NCBI GenBank assembly: GCA_043228905.1
Contig: JBHGNT010000006.1
Span: forward strand, 8,060,001 to 8,124,000
DNA length: 64,000 bases
DNA from: Azolla caroliniana
Lineage: Eukaryota > Plantae > Polypodiophyta
Reading direction: 5' to 3'
The translations under genes were made by a program, and so were the position numbers. Below, piece by piece: positions 11,696 to 24,476 of this stretch (within the stretch, counting starts at the first letter, position 1; every line of letters starts with the position of its first letter). The notes beneath the pieces are model-generated. The model had not been told where the DNA came from and did no database searches. It worked only from the letters and a program-made list of their open reading frames with translations.

Positions 11696-14600
11696 TCACC
11701 GCACCCTTATGACAGTGAGGTTAGGAAGCGATGAAACCTGCAACTTTGCAACCGCTGGTAGTGTTACTTCGCATCCTTGCAGGGCAAGAGAGGTTAGATT
11801 ATGGAGAGGAGTCAAATGGTGGAGACCAGAATTTGTGATCTTTGAGTTAGAAATATTCAAAGACACAAGGCTAGTCATGCCTGCATAAACAAATCTCATT
11901 CTCACTCAGTCTCTCTCATCACTCGTCACTCATTGCTCACTCTTACCCCCATCCCTTGACAAACACAGGCATATGCAAGCAATAACACTGCTTAAAAGAA
12001 GCAAAGGAATAAATAAGCAAGATGATTATGACAATGATGATGCATCACCATCATCAAGCCAGTAAGATGAAATATGGGACCTAAAAAGGTGATACCAAAA
12101 GAGTGTGGAGATAGATTTCTTTTTCCTCCTGAGAAGTCAAATATGGCACCAAAACTGAATTATTTTCAATTAGTCTGTGTGAACTTCACAATTGAGAGTG
12201 CACATTGTATCTCTATGAGAAAAAAAGACAACGAGCAAGAGGGAGACAGTTACCACTAATGATCTCCAATGCATGGTCTGTAAGATGAACATTTTGTGAT
12301 AAGTTCAAAGAAGTCATCGCTGTGAGATCCTTTAGGTTTTTTACACCAGTGTCAGTTATCCATCCTCCACACAGCTCCAACGACTGAAGTTTCTTGAAAT
12401 CTGATACACCATGTATGTGTCAAGTTGTGCTAGAATAATATCAAAATGCATATTTAAGCAAATAGGAAGTTTAGACATACATTTGAGGCATGTTGTGCCA
12501 TAATCTGTAATCTTTGCTCCGAAAAGATCCAAGTGCTTCAAATTTGTCAAACCTTCAAGCCAAAATATGGCAGTATCAATGATTTCATGATTCCTATACC
12601 AATATTATATTCTTTAAAAGCAGTCAATCCTAGTGCAGGGTGCTGCAAATACTGCCTATATGGGGTAATGCGTCAAACATACCCAGAATGCTTTCTATTT
12701 TTGGCCATCATGGAAAACAAAATCCTACACGGGATATCTTGTAGATTGATAGAAGGCTCTTACGTGTAAGCACACAAAGTCCTGCATCTGTAACTTGCCG
12801 TGTATCAAGATTTAAAGCAGTAAGAGAGATTAACCCAGCTATTCTCCCAAGACCACGATCTGACACACTTGTGAAGGATAGGTTCAGATTTTCCAGCTTT
12901 TTCATGGCTGAAATATAAGACAAATAGCTTAATCCCCGTTCTTTGGAATGCATTACATTATGTTCAAAAAATGGCAATAGTTAGATGTAGAAACACAGGA
13001 CAGTGTTTACCAGATATAGAAAGCAGACCACTGTCAGCCACCTCGGAATCTGAGAGATCTAGATTCCTCATATTTATCATACCTAAAACATCATCCAAAC
13101 ATATTAGCCACTGTCAACATATCATGATCCCAACTATACTAAGACAACAGGGATTCCAACATTTGACATATTCACAAGGGAAACTAGCTACCTTTCAGAT
13201 TTGCAACCCCTTGATCTCCAATTTTGCATGAGTCTAGATTGAGCTCCTCCAAATTCGTTAAACCTGGCAGAAAATAGAAGACTGCAATCAGATATTTTTA
13301 TATACCCACATATTTTTCCATTAGTTTACTCAAGCTTACTTCCCCTTTTACAGACACCTCTCTTAGTTAATCTTAACTATTGTTTGGCCAGATACTTTTC
13401 TTCCAGTAAGGAAGACGTAAGTTTTAATAGTAAATATTTCAGCCCTTTTTCTTGCATATACCATTTTGCAATCAAATCCATTACTAACAATGTGTTTTCC
13501 TTGCAAGGTCACTAAAACAGTCAATCAATGAACATATAAAGTTGCTTAAAGTTAAAATAGTGGCACAAAAATAAAAAAGTCGTCCAAAGAACTTTCCTTG
13601 CCCACCAACATAACATATCCCAGTTCCTCCAAGCGTAGACTCAATTGGGCAGTTTCAAATCTCTCGATAACTCCCAAAACTTATTCCCATCTCTTGATCC
13701 CAGAGGTCAAATGATGTTCCTAGGCATGTATATCATGCTTCGATAGGAATGTGCAGTTTGATAGAAGAAATACCTTTCAAGTGAACCATTCCTGCATCAC
13801 TTATATCATTGTAAGCAAGATTCAAGCCCTGCAAATTCACCAGATCTGCCGCAAAGCCAAAATCAGAATGATTCATCACCACGGTGTGCTAGTTATAGTT
13901 ATAATTACTAAGAAGCTAACCAGGTGAACACAAACATAAGCATCAATTGACATCCACGGTATTCCCTATATTATCAAGCCTACATCCTAACAAATAAAGG
14001 TGGCAAGCGTAATACCAACATGTAAATAATTTCAGGAACTACTAGCAGCAATGAATATGAACAAACCCTAAACCCTAAACCCTAAAGTTTTTCTAGATAT
14101 GAAAGATTGTGATTACCTTTCAGCTTTTCTAAGCCAGTATTGGGTAAATTACAGGATTTGATGTTAAGATAAGTCAATAAAATGAAACCTGAAAATACAG
14201 GCATAAGTATCCAAAAAATCAATAAAAGTTATACCATTGAGATGCTAACAAACATTCAACTCTTTGCTAAAAATTCTGTATTCATGGGAAGAAGAAATAC
14301 CTGCAATAGTCTCCATACATGCTGAAGACACATGGCATCCCTCCATATGGAGGACTCGGAGCTCCTTTAGACCTAAGTAATTTGCATAAGCCAAAATTTA
14401 CATGTGAAGTAAGAGACAAGTATTTTCAGTATCAACTCTAGATATGCTAATATTGAATCAATGACATGTCCTAGTTTAAAATGTAACTTATATGGTTACA
14501 GAGAGGTACCTTCGAGGAAGTTGATGCCAGGATCTGTAACTTTAGTTCTTGATATTTGCAACTCTTTCAGGGTCAACATTCCTGCATGAAATAACAGCCT

Positions 14601-16572
14601 CTATGAGCAGAAAATTAATCTGATCCGCTCAGTTATCATCTCAAAAACTATGCAGCACAATTTAGTGTGATCCCATATAGACACTGATCCAAGTTAGTTA
14701 CCCTATATCTATGCAAAATCCAAATATGGAACAAGTAATCAGAAATTCATCCACAATACAACTTATTATTTACAGTCAACAGATAAGGCAAAGCACATAC
14801 ATTTAGACAAATGGGCTACTCTTCCTAACTCTGGGATTTCAAGCTCATTTTACCATCTCATGTAATGAGTGTGCCGTATGAGCATCATGTAACCGAGATT
14901 ATGGAGTCAAAAGTAGGCTGCACAGAGGCCCATCATGGCCTAGCCACTGCAGTACTAATCTCTCTAGATTTCCCTTGTTATATTGTTATTTATGCTTAAG
15001 TCCATGTTTAGGGATCTCCATCCAAACAACGTAAATGCACTTATTCTAAGTTCTGGACTCATACTCCTATTTCTTGATTCCTCTGGTAAAGATTAAGATT
15101 TCTTCCTCTCTCTTTGTACATAAATCTAGATTTCTTAATTATTTATTTATTTGTTAAACATAAACAAATAGGAAGTCGGTAGGTTGACTGAAATGATAGA
15201 TTAAGTGCAATCAATAAAATATAATGCATTAGTACGTTTGCCATTTTACCAGAAAGTGCTTTCATGTCACGGTTTTTTATACAATTACACCATCCCACAT
15301 TCAATCGTTCAAGCTTCGTGAGACCTGTCAACATTGAAGAGATTTTATTTTATTTCAGTTAATGTATTTCCATCAGTAGCAATACAAAGATACATTGATT
15401 TCATGAAAGCTGCAGGAAGTAAATATGGAGTAAACATAAAGCAGTATGATATAGTGACCTGCTAACTTTAAAAGAGAACAAATTCCATAATTGAGTAAAC
15501 GCTTGTTTGGCTTACACAATAATTACAACCTTTTATATGATAAAGCCCACCACTTATTCTAGAACATCTCTCAAGGTCCAAGTCCTTCAAATTCATCAGC
15601 TCAGCCAAATGGCGCATTCCTGCTGAAGTGATTGCATTGCATCTTCTGATGCTTAGGCTTGTCAAATTCTTGAAACCTGATCGCAATCATGATTACACAA
15701 CCATTGTAAAAATGATACTTGATTGAATGAATATAATTGAGTAGAACATACAATAGATAAGACTAGAAGGAATAACCTGGCAAGTAATCCAAGCCTCCTT
15801 CTGAGATATTATCACAATAATTTAGATTCAAAATTTCCAAGTTTCTGCACTGCTGAATGAATGCAAGACCAATATCCGAAATTGCAGAGCTAGACACGTC
15901 AACAGCCAATAATGATGGCCCCTGAGACCCAATCACCTTTAACCAGGTGTCATCAACCCCAAAATATTCACCAAGAAGGATATCCTTCACAAAAAGTAGA
16001 TTCAACAGCAATATTAAGTAACTTAAAATGGAACACAATAACCCAACAAAAGACGGCACAAAACATCGTGTCTTGAAACCAAATTCTGGACTTTTATACC
16101 AGATAACTTTGACAAATTTAGATACAGAGAGAGGAGACGCTAATTGGATAGTCTACCTGTATGCAACAATCCTGAAAAGCCTTGAACAAGGATATGTCAA
16201 GAGATTCATCCCGAATCAATTTATTTAGAAGCTGCTGGCTCAGATCTCTTGGAAGCATGACAAAAGAGCCATAGTTTCCTATACTCTGCTAATCATAAAA
16301 GCAAATACATGAAGTGAGAAAGGAACAAAATGGAAAAAAGAGCACCTTAACTATCAGTATCTTACCTCACATGCTTTCTGGACTGATAGCTCAAGAAGAG
16401 ATGGGATTTTCATTGATGAATCATTTTGTATGTCCACATGATTGTTGAATGAAGATGGCTTATGTGGCCATTTAAAGCTGTGGCCACTGCCAAAGTTTGA
16501 AGACACAAATCTTTGGAATTCATCTCCATCATTCTCTTGCTGGTTCCTCTTCCGTGAACAAGATCCTCCCAT
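11696..16572 (-). CDS. RNI-like/AMN1-type leucine-rich repeat protein (resembles Arabidopsis At1g15740 family), 15 coding exons, ~581 aa, predicted N-myristoylation and S-acylation (MGGSCS)
   Basis: Exons 16572-16366, 16285-16157, 15984-15777, 15676-15530, 15324-15250, 14581-14510, 14372-14301, 14188-14117, 13845-13774, 13263-13192, 13082-13011, 12907-12764, 12552-12481, 12400-12254 and 11880-11696 total 1746 nt in frame. Repeated LxxLxxLNLxxxxIxDxGxxxL units. Putative 5'UTR intron from a donor at 19401 to an acceptor at 16652. Confidence 0.9.
14063..14086. repeat. Interstitial plant telomere repeat (AAACCCT)3 in an LRR-gene intron
   Basis: aaaccctaaaccctaaaccctaaa. Confidence 0.85.
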
Positions 16573-16654
16573 GAGATGCTTTTACAATGAACACTCCAGA
16601 AACGTTGTAAAAACTCTGTACACTTTCACTGCTTAACCTTGCAAAACAAACCTG

Positions 16655-17502
16655 CAACAAAACGTGACCAAGTTATGTAGCTTCAATCAATATATGTAGC
16701 TTCAATCAATATAATACTTTCGACAATTCCTTCCTCAATGGTGAAAAAATGAAGAAATATTACTTCATTTCGGAGTTTGTACTCGGAAGTTCTTGAAACA
16801 ATGATCAAGTATCTTCAAGAAAGAAGCTTTCTAGCATCCACAATCACCTTCTGACTGTGCCAATGCCAGAGGGCATCATTTACTTCCCCACAAGGTAATG
16901 ATTTTCATTTCACTATGGCTTATGGAGTTCAAAAACTTAAGAACACAAAACGTGACCAAGTTATGTAGCTTCAATCAATATATGTAGCTTCAATCAATAT
17001 AATACTTTCGACAATTCCTTCCTCAATGGTGAAAAAATGAAGAAATATTACTTCATTTCGGAGTTTGTACTCGGAAGTTCTTGAAACAATGATCAAGTAT
17101 CTTCAAGAAAGAAGCTTTCTAGCATCCACAATCACCTTCTGACTGTGCCAATGCCAGAGGGCATCATTTACTTCCCCACAAGGTAATGATTTTCATTTCA
17201 CTATGGCTTATGGAGTTCAAAAACTTAAGAACACAAAACGTGACCAAGTTATGTAGCTTCAATCAATATAATACTTTCGACAATTCCTTCCTCAATGGTG
17301 AAAAAATGAAGAAATATTACTTCATTTCGGAGTTTGTACTCGGAAGTTCTTGAAACAATGATCAAGTATCTTCAAGAAAGAAGCTTTCTAGCATCCACAA
17401 TCACCTTCTGACTGTGCCAATGCCAGAGGGCATCATTTACTTCCCCACAAGGTAATGATTTTCATTTCACTATGGCTTATGGAGTTCAAAAACTTAAGAA
17501 CA
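16655..17502. repeat. Near-perfect 288-bp x3 tandem repeat in the 5'UTR intron of the LRR gene
   Basis: acaaaacgtgaccaagttatgtagc starts at 16657, 16945 and 17233. The third copy lacks the ~19-bp internal duplication present in copies 1 and 2. Confidence 0.95.
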
Positions 17503-19414
17503 TGAATAGTGATGTCAACTGTCTTGTTTAGGAAAATCAATTTTTATACCTTCAAAGTTCAGCCAACCATTCCATATAAACTCTGCATCTTGCCTTGGCC
17601 ACTTTCAACGAAAATTTCCCTCCACTAGCTTCTTTAAAAGACTCCATTCAGTACCATCAGATGAATTTAATGTCTTCTGCTTTAATTCCTGCAGAGAATG
17701 GACTTTTTTCCTTATAAGTTTTCAGAACTTTACAGCATGATACCTGAAACTTATGTAGAGCTTATAAAGGTTATCAAAATTATGAACTTTAATATCCTCA
17801 ATCTAGGTTTTCTCAAGCCTCCACAAAAGTGGATCAATTATATTGCCATTTTCTTTTCATTTACAGATTTTTCATCTGAAAATTTAATGGAGCTAGGCAG
17901 ATTTATGTAGTTACAAATTCTAAAACTTCAAAAATTTTGGGCCTGGACTTGGGAAAATTTGCAAGTGTAACATTTTCCCTTCATTTGACATGTCATAGAA
18001 CCATACTTTTCACTACTTCCATATGTATACCTATTTCCTGTAAAGGAGAGCTAATCAATCAAGGCAAATGGGTATGGTGGAAGAGTTGGGGCAAACTCAA
18101 ATTTTGCGATACTTGGAATATCAAGAACTAGGAACTCGGAACTTGTAATTGGGGTACGTTAAGCTTAGTTAAGTACAGCATATGGTGTTTTGGGATCTGG
18201 CGTCTGAACCCTACTTTTTAATGCATCAGTACATGTTGCTGTATGGTGATCAGAAAACTGATGCAATTGTGAATTCCAATACTTTGGAGAATATAAACGT
18301 TTTAGGTTAGGAAAATTTAAGAATTTGAATTTAGAAATTTGCACATTGACCATGTTATTTGTATCTATATACAGAAAGTGGACAATATAGTGTTTTTCCT
18401 GCCAAAAATATGAAAAAACAGCATTCTGTATATCTTCGGCCCTACCTGAATTGGTAAATTTTTATATGTTCCTCTGCATAAACTGCTTTTTACACACTAC
18501 ATATGCAAAAACATCAGCTCATTTCCATAAATTCCATATTTTTTTGAGCCCACACACGATAAAACAGAATCACAAATATTGTTGACCTTATCTAACCAGT
18601 AAAGTTCTGTTTTTTCCTCTACATAAGAATTTGTGTTTCACGGAAATTGTTAGGCAAAAATTAGGTACAAGCCTATTTGTTGAATTTGCTGCTAAAAAAG
18701 GAACATAGAGAAAGATGACGAAATATGTCAATTTTTTATTCCCTGGTACATTAGAAAATGAACAAAGAAGCAATGGGTGAGAAGAGACAGAATCTGTTTT
18801 ATTTTCCTGCTACGTCAAAAACGAAAGTTCAATAAATGGGATGAATAAAAACAGTCTACTGTTCTATTTCCTGCTACGCCAGAAAAAACAATGATATTGT
18901 TTTATTGCCTGCCCACGAAGAAATGAAACAAAGAAGCTTAATATGGTGGAAATAAAACAGTTCATTGTTCTATTTCCTACTACAAGCGGAAAAGAGATGA
19001 AAAACAACACGGTCTGCTGTTGTATTTCCTGTTGAATACGAAAAAGAGATGTACATGAAAAAAAATAGACTAGAATCCATCAAACGAAGGATTCCAGAGA
19101 CTAAAAACTATTTGAAAATCGATAGAGTAGAGTAAGCAGAAAGGATAACATACTTTTCCTTCATTCTTTGTTGATTCCTTTATTTGCTCGACCTTTCTTT
19201 ACTTCTCTCGCTCATGGTTCCTGTATTTCTTTGCTCGTTATTCGTTTCTTTTATTCACACATCCGTTTCTTCTCTCCTTCCTTCCTTCTTCCTTCATTAC
19301 TTCCTTCTGACAGTAAAATTATAATGGAATAAACAAAGGAAAGGAAAGAGGAGAAGAAGAAGAAGAAGAAGAAGAAAAGGAAAAGGAAGGACGATCGATC
19401 ACCTGTTTCGAAGA

Positions 19415-19820
19415 GAATCTAATCAGGGTACTGTTGGAGGCAATAACACCGTGCATATCCATGGAAGATTTATGTTCATCCTTTTTTCTTTTGAACAGTC
19501 GGATTGCAATGAAAAAACAATAGAAATAGAAGAAGATGAAGATGAAGATGAAGATGAAGATGAAGAAGAGGATCGATTATACTGTGCGAGGGAACCCTAA
19601 TCTAATCAGGGTACTGTTGGAGGCAATAACACCGTGCATATCCATGGAAGATTTATGTTCATCCTTCTTGCTTTTGAACAGTCGGATTGCAATGAAATAA
19701 CAATAGAAATAGAAGATGAAGATGAAGATGAAGATGAAGAAGAGGATCGATTATACTGTGCGAGGAAACCCTAATCAGGAACGGATACTGTACACATAAA
19801 ATGGTAGCTTTCTGTTCATC
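19415..19820 (-). repeat. 183-bp tandem duplication plus a degenerate third copy in the putative first (leader) exon of the LRR gene
   Basis: aatcagggtactgttggaggcaataacaccgtgc at ~19421 and ~19604, each followed by a (GAAGAT)n tract. A partial third copy lies at 19770-19820. Confidence 0.88.
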
Positions 19821-22800
19821 CCCAACCCCCCCATGGCTAGAGAGAGAGAGATAGAGAGAGAAAGAGAAGATTTAGAGTGCTGAGTCAGCCCCCCCGTGCC
19901 TCCCGCCACGTGGCACCCTCCCATTGGACTTGGCTTCTTGAATTTCATTGTATTTATTTATTTTAGCCTTCCCTCTTTTCTCTTCTTTTTCTTTTTTTCT
20001 TTTTTTCTTTTTTTCTTTTTTCTTTCGTAAATTTGTTTTATTTCGTGCTCCATTATCCATTTATTTATTTATTTGTCCCAGCAAATCACACTAAATTCAA
20101 AAATAATCCTTTCATTTGGAGTTGTATCCATAAGAGTCTCTTTTTTTTTTTGTATATTTGTAAAACCCACGATAAAGTTTGGCCTCTAATGATGATATTT
20201 TGGGCTTTATTTCTTCTTTATGGATTATGTACCGCCCTTGTGGGGGCCCTTGTGAAGAAATGGGCGCCCGGCCATGCCTTGGGGAAAGAGAGACAGAGAC
20301 CGAGACAGAGACAGAAAGAAAATATAAATGAAACATCAGTGGCACCCTTCCGAAGTTTATAAATTGCCCGTGGCCTTTTACATTTTGTTATTTCCGTCTT
20401 TGTTTTCCTCGATCCGGTCTCCGACTACGCATCCTGATTTATATTAATAACGTGTTGATCCTTTTCGTCTTCGTAATGCAACCGCTTTCGCCTATTTGTT
20501 TAATTATATTTTATTGAATTCTTTTCTTGTGGGGCCAGCAGATGGTTGAGCCCTGTTGGTGCTTTCGGTCCCTACTTGTGGTATTTTCATTCCGTACGCT
20601 TTGATCTTGCTCTTTATATTTCAATTATTAAAAGCGAGGCATTACATTGTGCTTTCAATAGTTGAAAATATCTATAGCATTACAAAAAGAGAACACCATG
20701 AGTAATGTCGATATTGCACGTTTTGCGAATGGGTATTGTCGACATTTTTCAAGCTATATCATTATGGATTTGTTGGGTGTAAATAAATAAAAAAACCCTA
20801 TTATTGCAGAAAATTCATCATTTCTTTTGCATGCCATTTCAATGGAAAGTCTAGAAGGTAAATTATACTAGAGAATAATTAGAGCCAATGTGTTAGCCAT
20901 TGGCAATTGAGAGTGGAAGTCAATTGCAATAAATATCCATGATAAAGTAATAAGTAGGCAACCTTGTGGGCCTCATAGTGTTGCTTTGACACAACACGAT
21001 CATTTAAGGAACAACTAATTCATTAGGTTGCTTCAGATTGGAATGTTGTCAGTCAACAACAAAATTTGTTCCTTGAACCATGGATGCACGCAATTACTTG
21101 ACAAACTATTGCATCATGGACACAAATTATGATGGATGCTTTGAAATATGCAATTGCTTGTTTGCAACTAGAAAAAGGTTACTCCATCATGATAATAAAT
21201 GATGAACTCATTTGGGATTAATTACTACAATATTGTTAAGAGTTAAAAGTGATGATTTTGTAGTGAGTTTGGTCCTATAACTTTGGAAGAAGGGTGTGCC
21301 TTCTCATAGAGGAGGTCATCATGACCAAGCCTAAGTGATCAATTACCAAAAACATGGGATTCCATGGAGTCAAGGTGTGTAGTTTGAGATTTGATTCTCC
21401 TCCCCATACTTTGGAACTCATGGTTCCATGCTCTACTTCACTCCCCAATTGGATTCTTTTTACATTTCCTTCACGTTACTACTTCGTTGTCGATCACTTA
21501 TGACTCACGAGTATTGAACCTTGCATTAGGTGTTCACTAAACAACCTATTCTTTAGAAAGAGATAGAATATCATTAGGAGAAGTTAGCGACTTGGATTCT
21601 TCTATACTAAACATGAGACATCGCAAACATTGAATTGCACTTGAAATCACTTGAAATCATGAATGTATTTGTATATGCGTAGTCTCAAGGTAATGGTATC
21701 ATTTTATACCTTGGGATTATGGAATAATATTGTGTGTAAACCCTAACAAAAATATTGCAATGAACTTGATGTCAAAGCCACACAATGGGTTGAGACTTTA
21801 TCCAAAGAAATTAGAAGATTTATTCAATTCAACATCACATTTACATGATTCGGTGTGGGGAAATCAACATGGAAATGTGGACATACAAGTAGTAATTCAT
21901 TAGAAGGGGATTTTGGAATGTTATAAATGAACAAGTATGTACTAAGCATGCAAGAAGTTTGTACATAGTCATCAATCATATTCAAAATACCATAGCCTCA
22001 ACAATTTGTGGATAGGATTACAATTGCTTGCGTATTGGCTCTCTTGATGAAAGCTTACTTTCAACCTTTGATATATTTTATTATTGGTATTGTTGAAAGG
22101 CAACAATATGTTCTCCAACTCTTAAAAGAATATCCAAAATGAACTCAAACAATAATTAGAAAGCGATATTACAATGAAATCCAACGTTAAACCAAACCAA
22201 GGGTGGAGGCAAAAGCACAACCATTACTTGATGCACTATTGTATTGACATGAATGAGTTCATGGAAATAGCCAGAGTAATAATTTACTAGAAGGGAAAGT
22301 TTGACATCCCTCTAGGATGCATAAAAGCATTGTTTTGACATATTGCTTTAATATGTCATGCATGTTTTAATATAGGACAATAATATATTTGTGGTATGTA
22401 TCAAAGTTTCTAGAGCATGATATACATATGTATTCAATAACAATGCTTTCTTTCATGGTTGCATTTAAATATAGACTATGCAAGACTTAGTTGATTTTTT
22501 AAATATGGAGAGTTCAATCTGAAATTCATTAATTGTATTTTGTAATGTCATTGTTTAATATGTTTATTGATAGACCAACGTGGGTTTGTGCCTCTTTATA
22601 AAAACTCATGGAAGATGAAAAACAAAAGACTTGGCATCAATTATAACGAAGGAAGTGATGATGCTTTCTACACTATGCATGTTGAATTAAAATCTAGACT
22701 ATGCCAGACTTGGTTGAGTCTAACTTTGGAATGCTCAATTACGATCATCATTAATCATGGTTTGGAATGTTTAATTTATTTATCGTTATAAAAAACAAAA

Positions 22801-24094
22801 GACTTGTTGTGTGTCTATTCTTCGTGCATCATTGCATTGCATGAGTTATATTAAAGGAGGCATATTCTTATCATCTAGCACCTAAACCTATTTGTTTTGA
22901 ATATTAAATTGAGTCATAACAACTACTTCTAATATGCTTTTAAGGTTTTATTTCATCGATATTGCATTATCCCTCCCATGGATGCTAGTAAATATATCAT
23001 CATTATCTTCCGAGCATGCATATTCTATTGACATGCCATGTTTGTATTAAAATCCAAGCCTTGGGTTTGAAATCCACCTTGTATTCTAGATTAGGATAGG
23101 ATAGAACAACTTTTTGTTATGGACTCCACAATGAGGCTAAATTTTGACATGTGATACTCCTTCCTAAGGAGGGTTACAACTCTATTGTAAAGTCTATCTA
23201 TGTGAAAAACAATTATGCACATATGTGCTCACCCTTCTTGGTGGGCATTTGAATATGAAAATGTAAACTTATCATGCCCATCTAACAAGTCATCATACTT
23301 TCGCCAACTACATTATGTTAAACAGTGAGACCTAAGTGATATTTACCATCCACTAGGTGTTCCTTGCGTACCCTAAGGTTTTGCTTTGCGTACATCACAT
23401 ATCTTCATAATTGGGCGATGATGGCACAATGTACCTTAACACCTAACTTGTGTGCGTAAATTTGAAGAAGTGCTAAGGCTCTTCAAAGCTAAGGCTCACG
23501 GGACTAGTAAGATGCACTTCTATATGTTTTGACATTTTAAACATTTGCCATTTAATATTCTAATTTTGACATTTAAACATATTGGCATCCTTACTATTAG
23601 TGCCTATAATAATCTATCCTCGATTGTCACATAGTTCATAACATCACTTGAGAGCTCCAATATATCTTTTACTCCCCATCTTTTTAACCATTTGATTATG
23701 TCAAACACCCAACCAAATGAAGAAGATTTTTCTCTTATTAGTTTTTTGTGCCTTGCAACTTAAGTTCTAGGTTTCTTTTGGTAATCTATGATATGAAATA
23801 TTCTAAACCATCATGATATACTTGGATACTTATTACATCGCTAGCGCCTTTATGGGATGAACATATGTTTCTACATAGCATGACATGATAGAATGTTGAG
23901 GATTTTGCACTCCTGATTGAACCACGGGTAGCTTGGGTTGAACCCGTGATTTTATTCTCCTCTGGAAAGGACTTCTCTATCTGAGAATTGAAAGAACATG
24001 AACAAAGAACAAAGAACAAAGAACATTGTCATCCATTGGATTAAATATGAGAGTATGGAAACACTTGCATCCCTCAGAAATGTATTAAATAACT

Positions 24095-24476
24095 TGTAAA
24101 GAATCGATGGTGATTCTTGTGCAGCGGAATAGACTAGAGATATGTGTTATGAGTGTGTGTGTGTGTATGAGAGAGAGAAACACAAGATAGATTAGAGAGA
24201 CAATAGAATACTCAAGAAGACGTATATTACAAAGGAGATTAATCGACTTAATTACAAAGTAGGAGGAGAGTGCTTTATATAGTCACTCTCTCTCTTCATT
24301 AACTACCGAAGCTCATGGGTCATGGGGAATGTGAAAACTCATTAGTTATGTGTCATAGAATATGATTCTATGACACATAGTTAATGTGTAGATAAGAGTG
24401 GTGACTTTTGACCTTTGAGTGCACACTCTCAAGGGTGTGTTCACACACAAGACTAGGTTGACCTTGATTCTCAACA
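24095..24476 (-). mobile_element. Solo LTR (382 bp) with 5-bp TSD TAACT
   Basis: TGTAAAGAATC...TTCTCAACA (TG..CA) flanked by TAACT at 24090-24094 and 24477-24481. Contains GT/GA tracts and CTTTATATAG (TATA on the - strand). Shares the TGTAAAGAATC terminus with the LTR at 50051. Confidence 0.85.

Noticed and set aside
13555-13750. Possible L1 RT sliver in an LRR-gene intron
   Set aside because: Similarity is too weak to support without a search.
16655-17502. Repeat arrays as CRISPR-like structures
   Set aside because: Units are full tandem copies with no unique spacers, in a eukaryotic intron.
20640-23700. Possible decayed DNA-transposon coding remnant
   Set aside because: No diagnostic transposase motif, TIR or TSD could be identified by eye.
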